Assembly (NCBI GenBank): GCA_043228905.1
Contig: JBHGNT010000384.1
Span: 1-29,852, forward strand
Length of the DNA stretch: 29,852 nucleotides
From: Azolla caroliniana
Taxonomy: Eukaryota; Plantae; Polypodiophyta
Reading direction: 5' to 3'
Below, piece by piece: positions 1-10,338 of this stretch (positions are counted from its first letter, which is position 1; each line of letters opens with the position of its first letter). A model generated the notes under the pieces. The model saw nothing but the letters and a program-made list of their open reading frames with translations, did no database searches and was not told where the DNA came from. A program made the translations under genes and the position numbers.

Positions 1-1530
1 AGAGAGCGAGGCTAGTGTAATTGAGGATCTAGCCGCTAAAGACGACATCGAGGAGGTGACTATAAACAAGATAACAAGCGTCGACAACGACCATGGCCGG
101 ATTTTCTCCACACATGCTCCGGAGAGTTAGGTGGTTGCGTCAAAGAACCAACGTGAGACCCAAGAGACGGAAGGTGTTGGCGAGGAGCCGGAGGTCGAAA
201 CGAATACATGTGATGAAGAGAGAAGCATGATCGAGGCTTGTTCGATCCAGAGGGTCAATGGGTACGAGGCCCATGAGATTGAAGAGATAGCCACGAAAAA
301 TGACATCGAGTCGGAGATGGCTATGAACGAGTCGATGGCATATGGTCATGTGGAGACTTTCCTAACACTTCATCTAGAGACTTGGGCAGTTGCATCCGAG
401 AACCAACGTGACACCCAAGAGACGTATGGTGGCAAAAAGGAAGAGAAGGACCAAGATAATACTGCCAATGACGACGACCAAATTTTCTCCACACTTGTTC
501 TAGAGACTTGGGAAATTGCGTCTGAGAACCGATGTAAGACCCCATAGACGGAAGGTGGCGGCTGGAAATTGAAGGACCGAAACGACGATGAGGAGGATGG
601 CCATAGACGAAGGAATCCCTCCACACCGGTTCTGGAGACCGGAGAGATGGAAGGTGGTGGCGAGGAGATGAGGGTCGAAGCCAGCGCATACGGAGGAACG
701 ACGGCCAAAAAGGACGCCAAAAACAAAGCTACAATAGAGTTCGATGAAGAGCCAAATAGCGGCAAGAAGGGAAGAACCGGAATACAATCCGAATGGAAGA
801 TGACGCGGTTGGTATTCCGACCCGAATGGAAGCCGAACCGAACAAGAGTTGATCAACCGGGGCCGACCCAACCAAAAACCGGATGTAAACTAACCCGGAC
901 GAAAGTAGATCGTCTGAGTCCGATTCGGCCAAATGCGAATCCGGGCGAACGTCGACCAAGCCAGAAGCTGATTGGTTGAGACAAACAGAAGCTAAACCGG
1001 CCTAGACGGAGGTTGAAGCAGACGAGCCGCGACACCCGGTCGAGGCTAGTGAGCATAAGGAAAGGCAAGCATGAGACGAGAACTGATGATAAAGGAAAGT
1101 TAGGTGACCAAGGAGATGGCTGAGATGAAGGTGGAACATTCATGAGACTTAAATGATTATCCTCAAGAAGAGAGCAAGGGGCCGTGACAACAAGTCATGG
1201 TAAAGCAAAGAAAAAACGAATGATATAGTGGATTGGGTGGCAACAATTATTTGAGTACAAAGAAATAGACATGCTCGACGTTGAGGAGTCATGTTGATCA
1301 CCATTGCCGAAATCTCACATTCCCTCTTCTTGGCACGTACCGGAGGACGTGCGGTTTGGTGGGGTTGGATGTCGTGAAGATTTTCGGCAATGGTGTGAAA
1401 ATCAAATAAAACGTACAAAATCGAGTGTGATTCATATAAAACAATAATAGTGAAGATACTAATTTTAAGTAAATTTAATATCTTAGTACAAAAAGATGGA
1501 GGTCTTCAAGAGCTTTCAAATGTGCTTTAC

Positions 1531-1679
1531 TTTTGGGAGACAGGTCCCTCCGGATGGTGCAGACCCGGTGAGAACCGGATAAGGAGTACCCGGCTACGGA
1601 GAGCCGGATGGTGCAGACCCGGTGAGAACCGGATGAGGAGTACCCGGCTACGGAGAGCCGGATGGTGCAGACCCGGTGA
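1531..1679 (+). repeat. Truncated 5' LTR of Copia-A (about 2.4 units of the 54-bp repeat)
   Basis: Near-identical to 4877-5025, including the first-unit variant ccggataagg. It then joins directly to the pre-protease coding region. Confidence 0.9.
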
Positions 1680-4600
1680 AGAAGAGTTGATGCTCATCAC
1701 TGAGGAGAGTGAGATAAACCTTGCCGGCGACGAGATGACTTGACTCCGGAGCGTCGTTCCACCTTACCCCGGACCGGAAATGCTTCTCATTCTACTCAGT
1801 CGGTGATCACGACTGTGTCCGGATGGGGAATGAAGGTACATGCCGAATTGTCGGCATAGGAGACGAGTGGCTGACAACACCAACCGGATGCAAGTTGCTG
1901 CTGAAGGATGTCCGACACGTTCCGGAGGTTCGTCTGAACCTGATATCAGCCGGTCGGCTAGATGATGAAGGCTACACGGGTAGCACCTGGAACGGTGTCA
2001 TGAAGTTCAGCAAAGGGAGCCTGATCGTGGCTCGGGCCCAGAAGATCAACACACTGTACCTGATGAATGCCCGGTTATGTCCGGAACAAGTGAACGTGGC
2101 ATCCGACATTGCCGGTGAGCTGTGGCACAAGAGGCTGTGTCATATGAGCGAGAAGGGGATGAAGAGGCTTGCAGACGACAACCTCATTCCAGTGAAGAAC
2201 GTGCACTTGGAGAAGTGCACTGATTGTCTGGCCGGTAAGCAAAACCGGACCCCCTTCCGACCAAGGCCACCGATGAGACGTAATGCACCACTGGAGTTGG
2301 TGCATACGGATGTGTGTCAAGTAGACACGAAGTCACATGCCGGAGCGCAGTACTTCGTGACATTCATAGATGACCACAGCCGAAAGCTGTGGTCCACACC
2401 GTTGAAGACGAAGGATCAGGTGCTATCCGTCTTCAAAGAGCTCCACGTGAGAGTGGAAAGAGAAACCGGCCAGAAGCTGAAGGCGGTTCGAGCAGATAAC
2501 GGAGGAGAATACCGGGGGCAGTTCGAGGAGTACTGCCACTCGAAGGGAATCCGGCTCGAATTTACTGTGCCGAAGACGCCGGAACTAAACGGACTGGCTG
2601 AGAGGATGAACCGGACCATAATGGAGAGGGTCCAGAGTATGCTAGCGCATGCAAAACTACCCAAGAAGTTTTGGGCTGAGGCACTATCGACGGCGACATA
2701 TGTGATAAATAGATCACCCTCAGTACCCTTGGACGGAGACACGCCACAGAGAGTCTGGACCGGTAAGGAAGTGTCCTACCGGCATCTGAAGGTATTCGGG
2801 TGTCTCGCGTACGTGCATGTAGCTAAGGACCGGAGAGGAAAGTTAGATCCAAAGACCCGGCCATGCATATTCCTCGATTACGGTGACGATGAGTTCGGCT
2901 ACCGAGTGTGGGACCTGGTCGACAAGAAGGTATTCCGGAGTCGAGATATTATCTTCATGGAGGACAAGACGCTCTCCGACTGGGAGTCGGAGAAGAAGAT
3001 AATGAACTCCGAGTCGACCGGTAAGGATCGACTCTATGATGAGCAGACCCAACCGGCAAGAGACCGGTTAGCACTCGAGGGACCAGCCGGTTACGGTGAG
3101 GATACCGAACAGGCTGAAGAAGAAGTAGAGGAAGCTGAAACCGGAACCGGCCAAGACCTCGAATCGGATTCGAATGAAGAGCAGATGGATGAGCTGGTCA
3201 CCGAAGCCCAGAGACGGAGATATCCTCTCAGAGAGAGAAGGGCCCCACGGAGATTTCCGGATGCAGAGCATGTTCTGCTGACCGATGAGGGGGAGCTGGA
3301 AAGCTTCGAAGAAGCGAAGGAAGACACCCACAACCGAAAATGGTTAAGTGCCATGCAGGATGAGATGGATTCCCTGCATGAGAACCATACATACGAATTG
3401 GTGGAGTTGCCGAAAGGAAAGCGGGCATTCCGAAACAAGTGGGTGTTAAAGTTGAAACCGGGAGATGCCGGCAACCCCTTGAGATACAAAGCCAGGATCG
3501 TGGTGAAGGGGTTCCAGCAGAAGAAGGGCGTGGACTTCGACGAGATATTTGCCCCGGTAGTAAAGATGACCTCCATCCGGACGGTGCTGAGTATACCGGC
3601 AAGCATGGACCTCGAGGTAGAGTAGCTAGACGTGAAGACGACATTCCTTCACGGTGACCTCGAAGAAGAGATCTACATGCAGCAACCAGAAGGATTCGTG
3701 GAGAAAGGGAAGGAGCACCTGGTTTGCCGGTTGAAGAAGAGCCTCTACAGGTTGAAGCAGGCCCCCTGGCAATGGTACCGGAAGTTCGACTCCTTCATGA
3801 CCGATCAAGGGTACCACAAGACGCAGGCCGATCACTGCGTGTTTGTGAAGAAGTTCGAAGGAGGCGACTTCCTGATACTCCTTCTGTACGTGGACGATAT
3901 GTTGATCGTCGGACGGGACCAAGTCAAAATACGGATGCTGAAGAAGGCCCTCAACCGGACCTTCTCAATGAAAGACTTGGGTCCGGCAAGACAGATGCTA
4001 GGGTTGCATATTATCTGGAACCGGTCAACGAAGCAATTATGGCTATCACAGGAGAAGTACGTGACAAAGGTGCTTCACTGTTCAACATGTCAAATGCAAA
4101 ACCGATCGGATCGACACTTCCGGCAAACTTCAGGTTATCCGGTAATCAAAGCCCGAAGACGAAAGCAGATAAGGCGGATATGATGAAGATTCCATATGCC
4201 TCTGCTTTCGGGAGCTTAATGTACGCAATGGTTTGTACCCGACAGGATATAGGATACGCAGTCGGAGTGGTGAGCCGGTTTATGAGCAATCCTGGCAAGG
4301 AGCATTGGAACGCGGTCAAATGGATACTCCGGTACTTGAAGGGCACTTCAAATATGTGTCTCCGATTCGGCTCTAGAAAACCTCAACTTGACGGTTACAC
4401 CGATTCAGACATGTCGGCTGATGTGGATACCACCCGGTCTACATCCGGGTACGTAATGACATATGCAGGGGGAGCTGTTTCGTGGCAGTCAAGGCTGCAG
4501 AAGACGGTTGCATTGTCAACCACGGAGGCGAAGTACATGGTAGTTGTGGAAGCCGGCAAGGAAATATTATGGATAAAGGACTTCATCGGAGAGCTCGGTG

Positions 4601-4866
4601 TCCGGCAAGATGAATACCGACTCTATTGTGACAGTCAAAGTGCCATCCACCTTGCTAAGAAGAATGCGGCCTACCATTCCCGGACGAAGCATATCCAGCG
4701 AAGGTATCACTGGATCCGGGAAAGAGTAGATGACCAGGAGTTCGCGCTGACGAAGATCCACACGGCCGAGAACGGGTCAGATATGCTGACCAAAGTTCTG
4801 ATACCCGACAAGTTGGATGCATGCTGGAAGAGGATCGGTCTAGTAAGACACCACATGCCGGAGTGA
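1678..4866 (+). pseudogene. Copia-A pol (protease, GAG-pre-integrase, integrase, RT, RNase H), disrupted
   Basis: DSGASFH at 1742, LWHKRLCHMSEKG, integrase HTDVC / ADNGGEY / NGLAERMN, RT YKARIVVKG and LLYVDDML, RNase H YTDSD and TKHIQRRYHWIRE. In-frame TAG at 3623-3625, frameshifts near 1741 and near 4078. gag is absent. Confidence 0.95.
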
Positions 4867-4874
4867 AGGGGGAG
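4866..4874 (+). other. Polypurine tract of Copia-A
   Basis: aagggggag lies 2 nt before the TG that starts the 3' LTR at 4877. Confidence 0.85.
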
Positions 4875-4876
4875 TT

Positions 4877-5638
4877 TGTTGGGAGACAGGTCCCTCCGGA
4901 TGGTGCAGACCCGATGAGAACCGGATAAGGAGTACCCGGCTACGGAGAGCCGGATGGTGCAGACCCGGTGAGAACCGGATGAGGAGTACTCGGCTATGGA
5001 GAGCCGGATGGTGCAGACCCGGTGAGAACCGGATGAGGAGTACCCGGCTAGGGAGAGCCGGATGGTGCAGACCCGGTGAGAACCGGATGAGGAGTACCCG
5101 GCTACGGAGAGCTGGATGGTGCAGACCCGGTGAGAACCGGATGAGGAGTACCCAGCCACGGAGAGCTGGATGGTGCAGACCCGGTGAGAACCAGATGAGG
5201 AGTACCCGGCCACGGAGAGCCGGATGGTGCAGACCCGGTGAGAACCGGATGAGGAGTACCCGGCTGCGGAGAGCCGGATGGTGCAGACCCGGTGAGGAAT
5301 GCTCACCGGATGAAGAGACATATTCGTAAATATGTTTCTGAGAGTCCATTGAGGCTATATTTGTAAATAGCCGAAAAGTCATATTAGTATAAATATGACT
5401 TAGGGCAAACTTTTGTTTGTGGTTGTCATTCTTAGAGCAAGGAGAGAGACAACGCGTAACTGTGTACAGAGAGAGAGAGAGAGAAAGAGGTCGTTGCCTT
5501 TGTTGTAACCGCCGCCTGTGGCGAAGATCGTGAGCACGAGGTCGTTGCCTCCGTGAACTCACTGTTGTACATTCTAACATAGTGATAGTTTGCAGCCTGT
5601 GGGCTGCCGTGAATTTTCCCTCTTTGGGTTTTCCACGT
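4877..5638 (+). repeat. Copia-A 3' LTR, left part
   Basis: Begins TGTTGGG after the PPT. Contains the 54-bp array, TATA (tataaat about 5388) and a GA microsatellite. Cut at ttccACGT by Gypsy-B. Confidence 0.9.
4896..5296 (+). repeat. 54-bp tandem array (7 full units plus a partial) in Copia-A U3
   Basis: Unit ccggatggtgcagacccggtgagaaccggatgaggagtacccggctacggagag starts at 4896, 4950, 5004, 5058, 5112, 5166, 5220 and 5274. Confidence 0.97.
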
Positions 5639-6344
5639 TGTCGTAGTGTATTCCGCACACTACGTGAAAACCATAAAATAATATATCCGATTTTAGATAC
5701 ATATAAATAAATAAATAATATATCAAAAGAATTTATCACGTGCATAGGGCAAGATTCGAACCATGCACCTCCACGTAGATAAACCCCAACTTTACCATTG
5801 TAATAACTTATCTTTAGTGTTATAAATATAGATTTAATACATATAAGACCTTTATTTACACATACCTTTATTAAAGGGTAAAAATCATGTATTCTTTAGA
5901 GTGTGAATATTTTATTTACACGTGACATTAAAAGTGACTCATGCACATCTAGCGTGCATGAGCCCTATATTTAGGAAATGACAAAGCATCACATGCACAT
6001 TTAGTGTGCATGGGCACTTTAGGTGAAAAAGCATGAAGCCATGCTTAGCCTCTTCCATCTTTATATAAGGAGGAGAGAAATATGTATAAGGTTGTTGATT
6101 AATATAGAAGAATTGATCAATCTAATATATTCGTGGGATTCACGAATTTTTCCATCGAAATTACTCTTATAATCTAAATATTGTTTTAAAATACACTAAA
6201 CTCGTGGGATTCACGAGATTGCTATCTTACTTCTCTTCCTATTATTCATAACTAGCCTTATGTTGTATTCCTCTTCCTCCTAGTCCAAAACCTCGGCGGT
6301 TCCCACCCGACTCACGCAACGATCTAGAGCCGAAAGGCACAACA
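5639..6344 (+). repeat. Gypsy-B 5' LTR (706 bp)
   Basis: TGTCGTAG...CACAACA. Roughly 2% substitutions versus the 3' LTR by eye. Confidence 0.95.
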
Positions 6345-6348
6345 CAGT

Positions 6349-6365
6349 TGGTGAACCCGACGTGA
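6349..6365 (+). other. Primer binding site complementary to the tRNA-Trp 3' end
   Basis: tggtgaacccgacgtga; its reverse complement tcacgtcgggttcacca matches the 3' end of plant cytosolic tRNA-Trp as I recall it. It lies 4 nt after the LTR. Confidence 0.85.
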
Positions 6366-6384
6366 AGACCCGGGTGGCAAGGAG

Positions 6385-8426
6385 ATGGAAAATCAACCGG
6401 AGGCTAGCAACATGATGATGACGTTCGAGCGCATGCTACAAGAACAACGCGCGATGTCGGAGATAGCGGCATCAGTGGAGCGACTCGTGCAACGAAACGG
6501 GCAATTCAACGGGAAAGATGTGTCGCGGTATCTTCGGGACTACAAGGCAGAGATGCTACGGTGCGGAATATCGGAAGGACTGCAAGTGACGTCCTTCAAC
6601 CGGGTGGCGACCGACGGGCTTCAAGCAAGCATCCATGGGCTACGACAACAAAATCCGACATGGGAGGCGTTTGAAGAAGAGCTAAAGAGGACGTTCGCTA
6701 TCGAGGATTCCTCCAAGGTGACGCGAAGGGGATTCGAAGATTGGGTGGAGACGCCGGACAAGGGATTGAAGGTCGTTGATGTGTTTTCGGCATTCGAAAG
6801 CCGGTTCGGGAGGTTGTCCGCGAGAGATCAAGCTATCCTCGTACCGGACAAGGTAATCATGTTCTTGCGAGCCGTGGACGTCCGGGACCGGAAAGATCTC
6901 GGAGTGCTCTTGGAGGACACGACCACGGAGAGCGGCCTCACCGAAACATGGGAAAGCGTGCGGGATATCGTCGCGCGATACACGAAGAGGGGGCAATGGC
7001 TTGCCAACGAGGAAAAGAGGGTTTCGGAACCGATTCCGACACCGAGAACCGGATTGGAAGACCATCAACCAAGGGCTCGGGAGACTACAACCGAGAAGGT
7101 GATTGATGCATCTACGGTGGAGCAACTATTGAAGGAGATGGAGAATCTGAAGATCGCGATGGTGAAGAAGTCGGATGACCGCCCCACAAGCTCCAAGTAT
7201 ACGGACTGACGGTGCATATGGTGCGATAGCGCCGAACACGATCGGAGGGATTGCGACGAGCATAAGGAGGCGCTATGGCGGGATCTCATCTACTACGAGG
7301 GAAACCGGATTCATTCGATGGACTCTCGGAAGCCACTCCGACCGAACTTCCGGAAAGGCGGCATGAAGAAGGTGCTCGAGGAGGAATTGGCGGCAAGAAG
7401 CACTATGCGACAACTGCGGGAATATGTGTCAGGGAATCATCGAGAGCAAAGACATCTTTTTGGCCGGAAGTTCTAGAAAACACCGAGAAATCCGACTCCA
7501 ACGAGATCCGAAGCACAGCGGAAGGCGTCCGGGAAGCTACGGGATGGGAGTGCCCTATCGACAAGAATAGCGTATACGCCCTGTGTCAATTGCATAAGGT
7601 GTATGTGGACGAGAAACGACGACGCACGGAGGATGCGGCCGGGCCATCGAAGATACCGGAAAGCTGGAACTCCGGAGGTAAGGGAAAAGAAAAGGCGACT
7701 CCAGCATTCAAGCTCACCTCGGACATAGAACAACAAACCGACTTGAAAAAAGTGTTCGAGGAAAGAATCTTGGATAGCCGGGTAGATTTCTCGCTTCGGG
7801 AGCTACTCGGAATAGCAAAGAAGGAGTTCCACGATCTTCTCATGGATCTCGTGAAGCGAAAAAGACAAAGTACGGAGGAAAATGCTCCAAGGGTGAATGC
7901 GAACACCGTTTTAATGAACGACACCAAAGTGGAGGACGAAATTCCGAACTCCCACTATACAAGGCCACATTGGGCACGCGCGACTACAGAGACTCCGGTC
8001 CGAATCGGCAACATCAAAGAACCCGTGCTAGCATTGATTGATCATGGATCGGAGATCAACTTGATGTCCAAGGAGTTCTACCGGAAGGGGAAGTGGCCTA
8101 TTAACACCAACCATGGATGGATGATTCGGGCGGCCACCAAAGCAACGGAAGATCTATTTGCGGCTTGTCCGGATGTGACGGTGAAGATCGGGGATGTCGA
8201 GATTGACCAAAATTTCTTCGTGCAAGATGAGGTTTCACATTCCGTCATCCTCGGCCAACCCTTTATCACGGCATCACGGATGGAGACGAAGGTGCTCAAT
8301 AGCGGTGCGACTTTTGCGCGAATTTGGAGCCAAAACGGTGGGAAATCCGTCCAATTCCTAACGGTGCCGGCAAATCACGAAAGGAACAAGAGGGAACTCT
8401 TGTCCCAAGTGAGAATGTATTTTTAA
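6385..8426 (+). pseudogene. Gypsy-B ORF1: gag plus aspartic protease, disrupted
   Basis: ATG at 6385, premature TGA at 7207 (likely CGA>TGA), then zinc knuckle CIWCDSAEHDRRDC (7213-7254). Frameshift near 7395, protease LIDHGSEIN ... VILGQPF, TAA at 8424-8426. Confidence 0.9.
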
Positions 8427-10022
8427 AGCGGATTGTTGCGGAGTGGGGAAGTGATAGTCCGAGAAGCCCTGATACCCCACACAAGAAGAAAACTCTCGGA
8501 GCAAAACATGTACGAATCGGTCCGGATGGGGCATCTACGTACACGATCGTAACCGGAGGATTGAAGAAAGGATACCGACAAGTGGAGGATAAGTTGCGGT
8601 CGGCATCAATAATAAAAGAAGATGAAGAAATCGTGGGGATTGTCGAAGAAGTGTTCTATGAGAGCACGCTACAACGACTTGAAGAGCTTGCGGAAGATAA
8701 AAGCCAAGGGAACCGGGTAGTCCCGGTGGAATCGGTCGAGATGTACGAGATCATTGCGAAAATGGAGCCGGATACGCTCCGCAAAGAAGAAGCAATGGTA
8801 AGTACGAAATACAAGACCGTGGAGAAGAAGGTGAAACCGGCCGCGGGACCACTACCCGCCGATAGCGAACAAAAGAGGAAAGAAGTCTCGGGAGATCCGA
8901 TACTTCGGAAGACCGTGGATATCGGACATGCCTTCACGGATGAGACCCGGAAGAAACTTCGGATCGGTGGAGGTGGGTTCCTATTACAAAAAGAAGAAGA
9001 ACGGTTTCGCGAGATGTTGGAGCAACACGGCAAAGCGTTTGCATTTACATCAAGGGAGATAGGGTGCATCGATCCGAGAATAGTGGAGCCGATGGTGATC
9101 TTCACCATTGACCATGTACCGTGGAACCTAAAGCCGATTCCGGTGCCACGAGCGCATATTCCGAAAGTCATTGACTTGCTCAAGGAGAAGGTGGCGATGG
9201 GGATTCTAGAGCCATCAACTGCTCCGTACTCAAATCGATGGTTTACGGTTCCGAAGAAGAATGGGTCACTCCGATTTATCCAAGACTTGCAACCGGTGAA
9301 TAAGGTCACGATCCGGAACTCGGGAGTCGGTCCGATAGTGGACGAATTTGCGGAAGCTTTTGCCGGTCGTGCGATATACTCCATCGGAGACCTATACTCG
9401 AGGTATGACCAATTCCAACTAGCCGTGGAGAGCCGAGACATCACAACCATGCGAACACCGATAGGATTAGTCCGAATGTGCACACTACCACAAGGAGCGA
9501 CAAACTCGGTTGCTCATATGATGAACGCAATGAACAAGGTGCTTCGAGACTGCATTCCGGAGATAACGATGCCGTTCCTCGATGACATTCCGATGAAAGG
9601 ATGCGCGGTAGAAGAAAAAGATGAGACTATGGATGATCGGGGATGCCGAAAGTTCGTGGTCGACCATATTCATGATTGCGAGAAAGTGTTGCGAAAGCTA
9701 GAAGATGTGCACCTAATACTTTCCGGGGAGAAATCGGCATTCGGGCAAGAAGAAATATTGGTGGTCGGACATCTATGTGGGCCCTACGGCCGAAGATCGT
9801 CACCAACAAAGATCGATACGATTCAAGCTATGGAGGAAGTATGCGAGTCAACATCCGAAGTCCGAAGGTTTCTCGGTGCATGTGCATTCTATCACATATG
9901 GATTCCGCACTATGCACATATAGCGGACCCGCTCTACCACTTGTTGCGGAAAGGTAAGAAATTCGAATGGAAACCAGAACACACCAAAGCCATGAAGAAA
10001 TTGAAGAAGACACTTCGGAGGG

Positions 10023-10338
10023 CGGAAGCACTTAAGAAGCCGAGCCATGACCGACCGATCATAGGAACGGTTCATACAAGTCCAACCGGTATCGGGTGGG
10101 TCATCAATCAAGCCAACTCGGATGGTTCGCGGTATCCGATCCGATTCGGAGCAAAGGTTCTCAATGAAAGGCAACGTGGACGGAAGCACTTAAGAAGCCG
10201 AGCCATGACCGACCGATCATAGTAACGGTTCATACAAGTCCAACCGGTATCGGGTGGGTCATCAATCAAGCCAACTCGGATGGTTCGCGGTATCCGATCC
10301 GATTCGGAGCAAAGGTTCTCAATGAAAGGCAACGTGGA
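10023..10338 (+). repeat. 158-bp tandem duplication within Gypsy-B RNase H
   Basis: 10023-10180 equals 10181-10338 with one visible mismatch (ataggaac versus atagtaac). Confidence 0.96.

Noticed and set aside
4896-5296. 54-bp repeats as a CRISPR array
   Set aside because: The units are contiguous with no unique spacers, there are no cas genes, and the array lies inside a eukaryotic LTR.
4707-5745. Long ORFs over the repeat array (204, 301 and 116 aa)
   Set aside because: By-products of a stop-free unit divisible by 3; the longest crosses the Copia/Gypsy junction.
8656-9483. 275-aa antisense ORF within Gypsy-B RT
   Set aside because: Shadow ORF of a GC-rich coding strand with no independent motifs.
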